Shown here piece after piece: positions 1 to 10,060 of a stretch of DNA of 64,000 nt. Position 1 is the first letter of the stretch; every line of letters starts with the position of its first letter. The translations under genes and the position numbers were made by a program. The DNA is from a bacterium (GTDB taxonomy: Bacteria; Ratteibacteria; UBA8468; B48-G9; DSTR01): positions 168 to 64,167 of the forward strand of contig JAKPFT010000087.1 in the NCBI GenBank assembly GCA_029551285.1. The letters run 5' to 3'. The notes below the pieces were generated by a model. It was not told the DNA's origin and made no database searches. It saw only the letters and a list, made by a program, of their open reading frames with translations.

Positions 1-140
1 GGCACCCAGGTCAATGCCCAGGAACATTGTTTCAGCCATATACCATTATTTTAAGGAAAAAGGTTGTCTCGTCAAATCGTCTTGTGGTTTTCTTCCGGTA
101 ACTAAAGGAAGCATGGTAGAATTTAACCGGAGCTGTCACT

Positions 141-1262
141 ATGACCGGAGCAAACAGAAACTTAAAACAATTAGCCAGACAGTGTCAACAGAAGAACTGG
201 CCGGAGAATTTTTCTGATCTGGTGCAGGAATGTGTTGGTATTGACCTTGCCTGTTTTTACGGGAAAAGACACTTGAAGCATCCAGTTCTGGTGGCACCGG
301 GACAGCTGACAGTTCAGGCCAGCCAGGTAGTGAAGATTAAGGAAAGCGGTTATGCTGGCTGTATCCTGAAGTCGGCGGTTGGCGAAGAAGAAAATGGCTA
401 CTGCAGCATGGTTTTCCAGCGGAAGAAAGCAAGCTGGATTAAGACTGTGTACGACGAAGAAGACCTTTGCGGTCGGGAGCCTATTATCCACTGGGATGGT
501 CGGGCCGATACCAGAAATCTGGACCAGTATCTGCTTTTTGCCCGGAAGGCCAGAAGTCTTGATGACCAGGGGTTTTTTGTCGGCGGCTCCTTGCTCTGTC
601 ACCTTCCTGGTCCTGACGAGGAGTTTCATGAAAAAGAATGGAGGTTTACAGTGGGAAAACTCCAGGAAATCGGTTTTGACACCCTGGAGATTGATTTCTG
701 CCCGACCCTGGAGAAAGAAAGCGCGCTGGTGGAGAAAGCCAATATTCTGCGCTGGTATCGCACTGTCCCTGCTCTGGTGAAAAGTGTTGACCCCGGAATA
801 GCCGTCTTCCCGAAGATGCTTAATCTGCGGTGGGGCCTGGATTTTCAACTGGAAATGGCTTCCGCTGCGGTGCAGGGCGGTGCTGACGGATTGGTGGTGG
901 CTAACCGGATTTACCTGTCTGAACTTGGTTGTACCCACGGCGGCCGGATGCTTCGTCAGCAGAATCTTCTTCAGGTTAGAGAAATTCATCGTGCTTTTCC
1001 CCGTCTTCCCATTTCCGCTACCGGTGGTATTTACTCGGGGCGACATATGGCCGGGTATCTTCAGGCAGGTGCTCAAAACATTCAGTTGCTCAGTTATCTG
1101 ATGGGTCGGGTGAAAGCACCCTTCCTGCTGAAGAACGGGTATAAGTTTCAACAGGTTCTTTTTGAACTATTCTTCCATCCGGAGGACGGACTAATACCCC
1201 TGATGATGGAAAATGGCTGTCAGAATATCTGGCAGCTGCGGGAAGTCAGGTTATTGGTTTAG
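141..1262 (+). CDS. Dihydroorotate/dihydropyrimidine dehydrogenase-like FMN TIM-barrel protein
   Basis: 373-aa ORF. GIDL...PVLVAPG N-terminal motif and GADGLVVANR...ATGGIYSG C-terminal barrel motifs are typical of the DHOD/DHPD family. True start uncertain because the window begins just upstream. Confidence 0.5.
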   Translation: MTGANRNLKQLARQCQQKNWPENFSDLVQECVGIDLACFYGKRHLKHPVLVAPGQLTVQASQVVKIKESGYAGCILKSAVGEEENGYCSMVFQRKKASWIKTVYDEEDLCGREPIIHWDGRADTRNLDQYLLFARKARSLDDQGFFVGGSLLCHLPGPDEEFHEKEWRFTVGKLQEIGFDTLEIDFCPTLEKESALVEKANILRWYRTVPALVKSVDPGIAVFPKMLNLRWGLDFQLEMASAAVQGGADGLVVANRIYLSELGCTHGGRMLRQQNLLQVREIHRAFPRLPISATGGIYSGRHMAGYLQAGAQNIQLLSYLMGRVKAPFLLKNGYKFQQVLFELFFHPEDGLIPLMMENGCQNIWQLREVRLLV

Positions 1263-1863
1263 AAAGACTGTTTTCCTCCGCCAGCAGTCTGGCCGCAATT
1301 TCCTCGCACAGCACAACCACATCTTCTGTATCCAGGAACTTTTCAATTTCGCCATTGAAGAGAACCTTCAAATCAGCCGGGAATTCTTCGTCAGCCGGGT
1401 AGAAGAGAAAAAACAGTTTCACCGCTGGCAAAACAGATATTTGGATACCCGAAGGGGCCAGGTTAGTTTTCTGGCCGCCCCAGAAGAAGGCCTTTCTTTG
1501 CAGTACATCCGGTTGGGCCTGAAAGGCCGTGAGCAACGGTTTAATTACCCGGTCCACAAAGGAGGGATAGTAAATATTGCCTGCATTCATTTCCTTGAAA
1601 CTGATCAGTTGCCCCTGGTAACGACTACTGCGACTGTCAATCAGATAATGGACGATAACAATTTTTTCTCTCAGGGATAACCAGTCAGCCCCGGGAAAGT
1701 TGCCTTGAGAGAGAGATAACTGGCATGTTCGTCCAAGGTAGGGAAGAGTTAACAGGCCAGTTGGCTCGTCCCAGACGGCGCCGGTCCGGCCGGCAATAAC
1801 GGCCGGCGCTATTTTCTGTAGCTGGTGCCAGCCGAGGGATAAGGCCTCCTGAAGTTTCTCCAT
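1246..1863 (-). CDS. Hypothetical protein, last gene of the acs operon (possibly DUF3786-type, a family often linked to acs clusters)
   Basis: 205-aa ORF immediately downstream of acsE on the same strand. No family recognisable with certainty; the DUF3786 suggestion rests only on context and size. Confidence 0.35.
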   Translation of the reverse strand: MEKLQEALSLGWHQLQKIAPAVIAGRTGAVWDEPTGLLTLPYLGRTCQLSLSQGNFPGADWLSLREKIVIVHYLIDSRSSRYQGQLISFKEMNAGNIYYPSFVDRVIKPLLTAFQAQPDVLQRKAFFWGGQKTNLAPSGIQISVLPAVKLFFLFYPADEEFPADLKVLFNGEIEKFLDTEDVVVLCEEIAARLLAEENSLSKPIT

Positions 1864-1864
1864 G

Positions 1865-2740
1865 CTACACCTTCAGCCAGGAATGCGAGTAGATGGAACG
1901 GCCGGAAAGCACTTCGGCTGTTTTGGTGAATCTTCTTTTTTCTTCAGTAAGCGTAGCCGCGTCAAGTTGGCCTGTCAGACTCTCCTTTATCGTCCGGTTA
2001 ACTTCTGGTCGCTGACCGCGGGCCAGCGCTACCAGTTCGCTATCCAGAGCGTCAACGATGGCACTGTCCAGTCCGCAATCCATTAACATGGCCAGGTAGG
2101 TTTGATTCACCAGGGGCCGCAAGGAGTCCGGAACCCCATTGGAGACATTGGAAAGTCCGCAGGTGGACTTAAAGTCAGGCAAGATTTCCTTCAGCATCCG
2201 CATAAATTCCATCACGGCTACCACCTGGTCCTGCTGAAAAGCCACCGGCAAGACAATCGGGTCAAAATAAACATACTCGTGAGGCAGGCCAGCCTGGTCT
2301 ACCCAGGCAGCCATCTCCGCAGCCAGCGCACCCCGTTCGTTAGCGTCGCGAGGCATACCTTCTTTCCCCAGGAGCAGAGCAATGAAGCGGCAACGATATT
2401 TCTGCACCAGAGGAAAAAGCTGCTCCACCCGTTCCGCGGTGGCCTGAATGGAGTTAATCAGAGCGCGACTGCCTTCCATTTCCAGTCCTGTTCTGAGAGC
2501 TTCCGTATTGGTGGTGTCCAGCGAAAGGGGCAGGCTGGAAACTTCCCTCACAGTGGTAATGAGCCATTCCATTAATTTGGGCCCGTCTTTTCTGGCCGGT
2601 CCGATGTTCAAGTCAAGATAGTCCACCCCTGCCTGCTGGCTTAACACTACCAGTTGCTGTATCGGCTCTTTCCTCCTTTCTTTCATGGCGGCTGACAACT
2701 TCTTGTTCATAACATTGAGGTTTTCACCGATGAGCATCAT
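1865..2740 (-). CDS. acsE: Methyltetrahydrofolate:corrinoid/iron-sulfur protein methyltransferase (pterin-binding MeTr)
   Basis: 291 aa. N-terminal MLIGE(N/R)IN... matches the Moorella AcsE start, with LDxN(I/V)GP, LSLD(T/S)TN and GLSNVS blocks. Adjacent to acsC and acsB. Confidence 0.85.
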   Translation of the reverse strand: MMLIGENLNVMNKKLSAAMKERRKEPIQQLVVLSQQAGVDYLDLNIGPARKDGPKLMEWLITTVREVSSLPLSLDTTNTEALRTGLEMEGSRALINSIQATAERVEQLFPLVQKYRCRFIALLLGKEGMPRDANERGALAAEMAAWVDQAGLPHEYVYFDPIVLPVAFQQDQVVAVMEFMRMLKEILPDFKSTCGLSNVSNGVPDSLRPLVNQTYLAMLMDCGLDSAIVDALDSELVALARGQRPEVNRTIKESLTGQLDAATLTEEKRRFTKTAEVLSGRSIYSHSWLKV

Positions 2741-2768
2741 CTTGGCCTCCGGTCCTGAATATTCTCAG

Positions 2769-4109
2769 TTACTCTGCTTTCCAGTTCTTCAGAAAAACGG
2801 GGATGTAACTGGCTTCTCTCGGACCAAGAAGGATCTTCCAGCCAGGCAGTTCTTCCTCCAGTTCTCCCACCATACCGGCAACGACCCCTGGCAAAATGAG
2901 GGTTCGGTGGGCGATTTTTTCTTCCAAATGCGTCTGCTTAACCAGTTCGGCAATCTTTTCCGCATTAAACTTGTCCGCCGCCCACGCCGTCAGCACAGAC
3001 AATCCTTCAGCATCCTGGACCAGAAGGTAGGCCGGAACCCGAGAATTTTCAATTTCGCCGGAAACGACAAAATAGGTCAGGGAGAAGTTGGTGGTCACCA
3101 GTACGGGTGAGGATGGCCCCGGTTGACCGATTTCATAAAGGCCCTGAGGAGTGGCCATCGGTCGTTGAGGGTCGGTGAAGATATTAAGCCGTTCCAGGAG
3201 TAAGGGGAAAAGGATTTCTCCCTTTAACTCCGGGAGCACTACCAGGCTGGCATATTTGGCGATGGCTAAACAGGCGTGAAGAGCCTGTCTCAGCGGGTCC
3301 TGAGTGAGCGTGCCGGGCATGGTCAGGACCGGATAACCAAGTTCTTTAATGTGTCCCAGGATGGCCCCGCGGCGAATAGTTACCAGTTTCTCCAGCAGTT
3401 CCCTTCCCGAGGAGACTTCCGGATAAAGAACCAGGTCTGCCAGTCCAGGTCCAGAAAGTTTGCCTGCCAGTTCCACCAGTGTTTCAAGAGAAGCCCCGCG
3501 GACAACAAGCGGTAGGGAAAACTCTCTGGCCAGATTACCCATTTGCTCCCAGTTGGTGCTGTCAGCAGCGAAAAGTAGGGGTCGGCTCTGCAGACAACCT
3601 TTAACTGCTTCTCTCAATCTGGCGACTTCCTGACTCATGAGGAGCAGACATTTTCCGGTGGCGCAGGCTTTTTCCACCAGAGAGGAAAATCGGCCCTGCC
3701 CGGTGTCTTCAACGGCAATCAACTCCGCCTGCAGTTTTAAACCGACGCGTTCGTAGGAGAGACGGCCAATGTCAGCCAGTCTGGTAGTTATTTCCTCATC
3801 AGACATTCTCTCCGAGATCAGCACCCCGAGGGCTGGTGGATTGTAGAATGTTTTTTCGTGACGAAAGAGGACCGTTTCCCCTCCAAGTTTGATCTGGTTG
3901 TCTCCAGTGCCCACAGTGACCGTCCGGATGGGCGGGGCTGAGGCTTGAGCCAGCTGATTTTTCCCTTCTTCGCTGAGATGGGGACACCTAACTAATTCTG
4001 TTTTTCCCAGAGCCAGTTGCATGGCAAAGGCCAGACAGGTGGGGAAACCACACTCTTTGCAATTGGTTTTGGGCAGGTACTTGAAAATGTCCAGCGGTTT
4101 CAGAGCCAT
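2769..4109 (-). CDS. acsC: Corrinoid iron-sulfur protein large (gamma) subunit
   Basis: 446 aa. N-terminal CKECGFPTC...C 4Fe-4S motif of CFeSP AcsC, followed by a TIM-barrel-like region. Operon context between acsB and acsE. Confidence 0.85.
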   Translation of the reverse strand: MALKPLDIFKYLPKTNCKECGFPTCLAFAMQLALGKTELVRCPHLSEEGKNQLAQASAPPIRTVTVGTGDNQIKLGGETVLFRHEKTFYNPPALGVLISERMSDEEITTRLADIGRLSYERVGLKLQAELIAVEDTGQGRFSSLVEKACATGKCLLLMSQEVARLREAVKGCLQSRPLLFAADSTNWEQMGNLAREFSLPLVVRGASLETLVELAGKLSGPGLADLVLYPEVSSGRELLEKLVTIRRGAILGHIKELGYPVLTMPGTLTQDPLRQALHACLAIAKYASLVVLPELKGEILFPLLLERLNIFTDPQRPMATPQGLYEIGQPGPSSPVLVTTNFSLTYFVVSGEIENSRVPAYLLVQDAEGLSVLTAWAADKFNAEKIAELVKQTHLEEKIAHRTLILPGVVAGMVGELEEELPGWKILLGPREASYIPVFLKNWKAE

Positions 4110-4136
4110 GAGCCACTCCTTGAAAGTGAGCCGGCG

Positions 4137-6341
4137 TTACATAATCGGTTCCATTTCCAGAGCCGGATGTTTCTTTTCCTGGAGGAATGGTAAAATCGCT
4201 TCTTCCGTGACACCCACCGTTTCATCGGCAATTTTCTCAGGAAGGTCCGGAAGGCCGATTTCCGCCGCCCGTTTTTTTAACCGGTCCATGATCTCTTCCT
4301 TCAAGGCCTTTGGCATCCAGACCAGCCTTCTTATTCCTCCCTCAGCAGCCAGGTACTTACTCTGGGTAATGTTGAACTTGGAATGACCCAGGAATCCGGG
4401 TGTCTGCCGGCCACCGCCGATTGTTCCCGCCAGGGTAGTAAACTTCATGCCGCAGGGCGTTTCGCCTTTATAGTCGCGGTGTACCGTCATGATGCCGTTG
4501 CACATCGGCAGAACCACCGCCACACATTCACAGCAACCACAGGTGGTCATGGGGTCTACCATTAAACTGTAGATACTGACTTTTTCAATAGCGCCCCGGC
4601 TGGCCTGTCGCACAAAATTATTACAGCCTTCAAACTGGCCAAGTTTTTGATTCAAGACTGCACCCTTTTTCACCGGCTGGTTCGGCCCTTTGGGATTAAT
4701 TCTATTAGAACCTCTGCAGTCAAGCCAGGAGAAAGCTCCACACAGACCCGTCCGCTCCGGGGTAACGATGCAGACATGGGTAGGAGCGAAGGACTGACAT
4801 AAGGTGCAGGAATAAAAGGTATCCACCTCTTCGTCAGTCATCCCGGCCAGTCTTTCATCTCTCTTTGTCCAGACAGCCCTCGCCTGTTGAACCAGTTGCT
4901 TAACCGCGGCCTCTTCGGTGTAGATTTTCACCTGCACCTTGTCCAGGATATTGGCGAAAACTTCATGATACTTGGCATGGAGAACAACCCCCAGGTGTTT
5001 CAACAGGAGCCCTTTCTCTCTGGCTTTCTTGCTAATTCTCAGCCAGACAATGTCACGCTGGCCGATATGCATGACCCCGTTGATGTAGTTGAGATAATCG
5101 TGAATGTGACGTTCCAGGATTGGTTCAAAGTCCTCCTGCATTTCCCGTCCGGCCACCTGAACCAGGGTGGCCAGAGGTATCTGGCTTCCTTCGGGTAAGC
5201 TGTCCAGGTCAGGGCCAATGACTTCTATCCGGCCATCTTCCACCTGGTTCAACGGAAGAGAACTCGTCCATTCGCAGGCCAGAGTTTTTGTGCCCCCGGC
5301 TTCCACAAAAAGGTCCTCTTTTCTGATTCTTTCCCCCTCAAAGGCTGGTCCATAGGGAACCGGAATGGGAATTTTACTTACCGTAACTTTTAATCCCCGA
5401 ACCTCAACAGCCCTGGCCACAATCTGGTCATGGGGGACACCGGAAACCACGTGTTCATATGTACACACTCCGGTAGGAAGAATCTGAGGTATATCTGAGT
5501 CAGCGATGGTGGGAAAACCGAAATTGATGGCACCGGCAGCATTAGCGTACCAGCGGTCGGTAACCTCACCCAGGGCGATGACAAAGGCGAAAATCCGGTC
5601 CTTGTTATAGATGAGGATTTTCCGGTACTCGCCGGGCTGGATACCCCCAAAACTCATAGCGGCCCTGACCGCAAACCCAAGAGCAAAGACGGCCTGGGAG
5701 ATATCCGGGCCGAAAGGAACCAATCTTACTGGCCAGCCTAACTGCATCCCCGCGGCCTTAAGCTGTTCGGCAAACGTGGTACCCTGATGGCCAGCGCACA
5801 TGAAGACATAGAGATTTTTTTCCTGAAGTTCCTGAGCAATTCTGGCCGCTATTTTTTCTTCCGGCGCAGCTCCAACGATTGCGGCAAACCCGGGAGCCGT
5901 GCCATCGACAAATTCAATTCCCCGTTTTCTCAGGATGATATCGCTGGCCGCACCCAGCCAGAGTTTGCCCTCCGGCGCCTCTTCTTCCGGGGAATAAAAG
6001 TCAGGGTGCTCAAGGTAGGTAATTGCTTCAGCCATCTCTTCGGCAAAAAGGGTCGCCATTCCGGCATCAAGCACCGGCCCCAGGTATGGCAGATGGACTT
6101 TCTGGTAGACCGGTTCCGGAAGAAGCCTTTCACAGATAGCGAAAACTTTTTCCATATCGGCCAGTTTCCTCACCGGAAGGCCTGACAGCCCATAAATGAT
6201 GGGCAGGTAATAAGCAGTTTCCGGAAAACCAACCTCTGCGCCTGAGCCGTGTTTGTCCATAGCCTGTTGCCATTTTTTCCTGGCTTCGGAAACAATCTCG
6301 TGAGCCCCTCTGATAGCCGCAGCGGCGATAATTTTGGACAT
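4137..6341 (-). CDS. acsB: Acetyl-CoA synthase (CO-methylating), ACS catalytic subunit
   Basis: 734 aa. Shares FYSC(T/V)LCQSFAP(T/N)HVCIVTPER(T/V)GLCGA(F/V)SWLD and the C-terminal ...HPAL(E/T)M(E/D)PIM blocks with Moorella AcsB. Confidence 0.9.
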   Translation of the reverse strand: MSKIIAAAAIRGAHEIVSEARKKWQQAMDKHGSGAEVGFPETAYYLPIIYGLSGLPVRKLADMEKVFAICERLLPEPVYQKVHLPYLGPVLDAGMATLFAEEMAEAITYLEHPDFYSPEEEAPEGKLWLGAASDIILRKRGIEFVDGTAPGFAAIVGAAPEEKIAARIAQELQEKNLYVFMCAGHQGTTFAEQLKAAGMQLGWPVRLVPFGPDISQAVFALGFAVRAAMSFGGIQPGEYRKILIYNKDRIFAFVIALGEVTDRWYANAAGAINFGFPTIADSDIPQILPTGVCTYEHVVSGVPHDQIVARAVEVRGLKVTVSKIPIPVPYGPAFEGERIRKEDLFVEAGGTKTLACEWTSSLPLNQVEDGRIEVIGPDLDSLPEGSQIPLATLVQVAGREMQEDFEPILERHIHDYLNYINGVMHIGQRDIVWLRISKKAREKGLLLKHLGVVLHAKYHEVFANILDKVQVKIYTEEAAVKQLVQQARAVWTKRDERLAGMTDEEVDTFYSCTLCQSFAPTHVCIVTPERTGLCGAFSWLDCRGSNRINPKGPNQPVKKGAVLNQKLGQFEGCNNFVRQASRGAIEKVSIYSLMVDPMTTCGCCECVAVVLPMCNGIMTVHRDYKGETPCGMKFTTLAGTIGGGRQTPGFLGHSKFNITQSKYLAAEGGIRRLVWMPKALKEEIMDRLKKRAAEIGLPDLPEKIADETVGVTEEAILPFLQEKKHPALEMEPIM

Positions 6342-6384
6342 TGGTGAACTCCTTTTGCCATACTAATTCTGCCGGGGAAATATC

Positions 6385-8292
6385 TCAGAGTTCGCGCCTC
6401 ATAGCCATGTCAAAAAGGATTCTTTCCCTGGCTTTATCAATCCCTAATTTTTTTCTTTGTTTATCAATATGGGCCAGCATCAAACCGGCCATCTTTTTTG
6501 GGTCCGGCTCAAAGGCCCATCTTCCTCCCAGTTCGTTCTCCACCTCGTGAAACAGGTAATGCGTCAGGTTTCTGCCTCCCAGAACAGGAAAGGTGACTCC
6601 AAAAACAGTAAAAACTCCGGAAGCCACAAAATACTGTCCGATGCTGATGGCTTTTTCACTCATCCATTCGGGAGCCGCACCGGCGACGGGCAGGTCAGAA
6701 AGGTCATCTCCCAGTCCCCCTTCTCTGACCACCGCTGCCGCAGCCACCAGAATCCGGGAATTATCCACACAGGAGCCCAGATGGAGTACCGGTGGGATGC
6801 CGACGGCTTCACAGACCTCGCGCAATCCCTGGCCGCAGTAGTCAAGGCCTTTCACCGGGTCAAGCAGGCCGGCTCTGGCTGAGGCAATCGCCGAGCAACC
6901 TGTCTGGAGAACAAGAACGTCGTTGTGAACCAATTCTTTGACCACCGTAAGGTGGCCGCTATCGTGTTCTACCTTACAATTATTGCAGCCAACCACCCCG
7001 GCCACCCCTCTGATGCGTCCCCCGATGATGTTATCGTTCAATGGTCGGTATGAGGACCGAAACATTCCGCCAAGAAGATACGCGATGGTCTCGTGAGAAA
7101 ATCCGGCAACCAGGTCAACCTCTTCACCAGGCAGGTCAACCGGTTTGCCTTTTCTCTGACCAAAGTTTTCAATAGCCTGCCGCACAAGTTCCCGGGCTTT
7201 CTCCAGGGCTGTTTCCTCGGTAAATTGAACATGGACAGCGCCAGGGATCCTGGCTTTGTCTGAGGTCGTCACAATTTTCGTGTGATAACAGGCAGCAATC
7301 GCGGGCAAAGACTGCATGATGCACTGGATATCAACCGCCATTAAGTCAACGGCACCGGTGGTGATGGCTGTCTCCTGATTGAGAAAGTTGCCCATAAGAG
7401 GAATGCCGTGCCGCATGAGAATTTCGTTGGCGGTGCAGCAAATTCCGGCGATGTTGATACCCCGGGCTCCTTTCTCCCTGGCCTTTTGAATGAGGTCGGG
7501 TTCTTCCGCTGCGACTACAATCATTTCTGAAAGAAGGGGTTCGTGTCCGTGGACGATGATGTTGACGGTATCCTTCTTCAAAACCTGGAAGTTGACCTGG
7601 CTGACCATCGGCTGGGGAATACCAAAGAGTACATCCTGCAGCTCCGTGGCGATCATGGAACCACCCCAGCCATCACTTAAGGCACAGCGGCTGGCCTGAG
7701 ACATAAGACTGTGGTATTCCTGGTCAGTTCCCATGTGGGTACGGTGAAGGGCTTCCACCACTTCCCGGTCAATCCCGCGTGGTACTATCCCCAGTTTTTT
7801 CCACAGGTCATATCTTTTAAGCGGTGCGCGCCTCAGGAAAAAAAGTTCGCCTTCCTGCTGACCAAACTGATTTTGCGCCCACTGACCAACCTTGAGAGCC
7901 AATTCTTCCACAGTAAGATTTTTCGGCTCCAGACCAAGTTCCAGTGCCAGTTTAACCAGCTTATACTCATCGCGGATCTGGTACCCGGGGGCTTCCTTCC
8001 TGGCAACTTTAATTAGTGTTTCGGCCACCGCGCGGCCGTGGTCAGAATGAGCGGAAGCACCAACCGCCACCATCCGGAGAAAATTTCTTGCAGTAATGGT
8101 ATCAGCATCGGCACCGCAGACACCTAACTGGGGACCTTCACCAAAAGGGTCAATACGACACGGCCCCATCGCACAGTTGCGACAGCAAATACCTAACTGG
8201 CCGAACCCGCACTGAGGTTGTTGTCTGGCCAGTCTTTCCCAGCATAGTTCCAGTTCTGCTGAGCCGGCCGGTGATGGAAACTGGTTATCCAT
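6385..8292 (-). CDS. acsA: Anaerobic Ni-dependent carbon monoxide dehydrogenase catalytic subunit
   Basis: 635 aa. N-terminal Cys cluster CGFGQLGICCRNCAMGPCRI is typical of CooS/AcsA. Lies directly upstream of acsB. Confidence 0.9.
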   Translation of the reverse strand: MDNQFPSPAGSAELELCWERLARQQPQCGFGQLGICCRNCAMGPCRIDPFGEGPQLGVCGADADTITARNFLRMVAVGASAHSDHGRAVAETLIKVARKEAPGYQIRDEYKLVKLALELGLEPKNLTVEELALKVGQWAQNQFGQQEGELFFLRRAPLKRYDLWKKLGIVPRGIDREVVEALHRTHMGTDQEYHSLMSQASRCALSDGWGGSMIATELQDVLFGIPQPMVSQVNFQVLKKDTVNIIVHGHEPLLSEMIVVAAEEPDLIQKAREKGARGINIAGICCTANEILMRHGIPLMGNFLNQETAITTGAVDLMAVDIQCIMQSLPAIAACYHTKIVTTSDKARIPGAVHVQFTEETALEKARELVRQAIENFGQRKGKPVDLPGEEVDLVAGFSHETIAYLLGGMFRSSYRPLNDNIIGGRIRGVAGVVGCNNCKVEHDSGHLTVVKELVHNDVLVLQTGCSAIASARAGLLDPVKGLDYCGQGLREVCEAVGIPPVLHLGSCVDNSRILVAAAAVVREGGLGDDLSDLPVAGAAPEWMSEKAISIGQYFVASGVFTVFGVTFPVLGGRNLTHYLFHEVENELGGRWAFEPDPKKMAGLMLAHIDKQRKKLGIDKARERILFDMAMRREL

Positions 8293-8301
8293 GTTAACCT
8301 C

Positions 8302-9594
8302 CTAAGAAAAGAAAATCTGCTGCCCCTCAGGGGAAACTGATTCTCTGAAACCCGTATCTTTCTCTAACTTTTCTCTGAGATAGCCGTAGTCAAAGTAACT
8401 CTTGCCAAGGAAATTCTTGTAGTTTTTAAGGTCAATTCCAGCCCGGATGACAGCCGTATAAAAGCCAGCCTGTTGAGGGTCACCGCCAACCATAACAAAA
8501 CCGACCAGCCGGTTTTTCCGCAGAATGAAACGCTGGTAGTTCCAGCTTTTTCTGTCCTGTTTTTCCCTGATTTCGTCACTTTTTTCTGGCCGCAGGATAC
8601 CGGCGGAAACCAGCGGCAGCCCGAAAAATTCCGTGGCATTCGCCGGGAAGGAGCCGGGATATTTCCGGCGCGCCCCGGCCATATTTAAACCAGCCAGTCT
8701 TCCCTGTTCCTGGGCGGTTAGCCACAGGCCGTTAACAGTGGACTCACCGGTAATCATATCCCTGGTTTCGGCCACATCACCAGCGGCAAACACATCAGGG
8801 CAACCGGTCTGAAGAAAGTCATCAACGACAATACCATAACGACATTCCGTGCCGGCCTCCTTTCCCAGTTCCTTGTTGGGAAAAACTCCCTTTCCGACAA
8901 TGGCCAGGCCGGTTTCCATCTTTTCGCCGTTGTCCAGTTTTACGCCAGACAGTTCCTGCTCACCCAGCATTTCCACTGGCGCCAGGCCGGTTCTGATGAT
9001 AAGTCCGTTTGCCTGCAGGCAATCAGCCACTATCTCAGCAGCCTCCGGGTTGACCAGCTGGGAAAGGAGATGGTGTGATTTGACAATGATTTGAACCTTT
9101 AGACCCCTTTTCTTAAGAGCCGTAGCCGCCTTCAGTCCGATTAATCCACCACCAAAAATTACTGCCTGTTTACATTTCTCAGCCCGGGCGAGAATTCCCT
9201 GGGCATCAGTCAAAGTCCAGAAGTGATAAATTCCTTCTATTTGCTCTCCGGCCACCCCCAGGTTTCTGGGAAGGGAACCGGTCGCCACCAGCAGCCGGTC
9301 GTAACGCAGTTGTTTCCCGGAAGCGGTTTGCACCCTTTTCTCCCCGGGGATGATTCGGGTGACGCGTTCACCTAACAGAAGCGCCACCCGGTTTTTACGA
9401 AAATAATTCTCATCCTTGAGACAGAGGTCCTTTTTTGAGTGGGTTCCGGCGAGGTAATTGGTGATTAAACACCGGGCGTAAGGCAGGTACGGTTCTGCGG
9501 AGACCAGGGTAATCTCACCCTGCTGGTCCTCTTCGCGGATACCTTCAATGGCGTTCAGGCCAGCGGCACAGCCGCCGACAATCAGGTAATGCAC
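8302..9594 (-). CDS. FAD/NAD(P)-binding pyridine nucleotide-disulfide oxidoreductase (CODH-associated)
   Basis: 430 aa. Two Rossmann GxGxxG motifs (VGGCAAG; FGGGLIGLKAA) and a GD(V)A motif. Overlaps cooF by 13 nt. Confidence 0.7.
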   Translation of the reverse strand: MHYLIVGGCAAGLNAIEGIREEDQQGEITLVSAEPYLPYARCLITNYLAGTHSKKDLCLKDENYFRKNRVALLLGERVTRIIPGEKRVQTASGKQLRYDRLLVATGSLPRNLGVAGEQIEGIYHFWTLTDAQGILARAEKCKQAVIFGGGLIGLKAATALKKRGLKVQIIVKSHHLLSQLVNPEAAEIVADCLQANGLIIRTGLAPVEMLGEQELSGVKLDNGEKMETGLAIVGKGVFPNKELGKEAGTECRYGIVVDDFLQTGCPDVFAAGDVAETRDMITGESTVNGLWLTAQEQGRLAGLNMAGARRKYPGSFPANATEFFGLPLVSAGILRPEKSDEIREKQDRKSWNYQRFILRKNRLVGFVMVGGDPQQAGFYTAVIRAGIDLKNYKNFLGKSYFDYGYLREKLEKDTGFRESVSPEGQQIFFS

Positions 9595-10058
9595 CGGCTT
9601 CTCCTTTTCTTTTTCACTTCCTCAAACTCACTTGCCTGGCCGAAGAACAGTGCTTTGGTGGGGCAACTACTAACACACGGCGGCACTTCCTCATCCTGAC
9701 ACAACTCGCATTTTACCGCCACTGGATTTTCTCGGTCCATAGCAATAACCCCGTAGGGACAGACCATCAGACAGGAATAACAGTGAACACATCTGTCCCG
9801 GTTGATGACCGGAACTTCGTCTTTCCTGGTAATGGCTCCGGAGATGCAGGCTGAGAGGCAGTAAGGCTCGGGGCATTGACGGCATTGAAGAACCAGGGAC
9901 TTATCTGCCTGTCTGGTCACCCTGATTCTGGGTACCGGACCCGGTTTTTCCAGGATTGCCTCCGGCAGGTATTTGGTGCGCGAATGTTTCAGCCAGCAGG
10001 CCAGTAAACAACTGCGGCAGGCCAGGCATCTTTCCTGGTCAAAAAAAATTCTCTTCAT
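9582..10058 (-). CDS. cooF: CooF-like 4Fe-4S ferredoxin (CODH electron-transfer subunit)
   Basis: 158 aa with four CxxCxxCxxxCP-type clusters. Sits between acsD and the oxidoreductase. Confidence 0.7.
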   Translation of the reverse strand: MKRIFFDQERCLACRSCLLACWLKHSRTKYLPEAILEKPGPVPRIRVTRQADKSLVLQCRQCPEPYCLSACISGAITRKDEVPVINRDRCVHCYSCLMVCPYGVIAMDRENPVAVKCELCQDEEVPPCVSSCPTKALFFGQASEFEEVKKKRRSRCIT

Positions 10059-10060
10059 GG

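Noticed and set aside
171-1151. 326-aa minus-strand ORF fully antisense to the DHOD-like gene. The same applies to many other 60-160 aa ORFs in the track (for example 379..780, 2102..2575, 6457..6882, 13610..13933, 21547..21957 and 52000..52954).
   Set aside because: These sit entirely inside, and antisense to or out of frame with, strongly supported genes. They have low-complexity or Arg/Pro/Ser-rich composition typical of shadow ORFs in GC-rich coding DNA.
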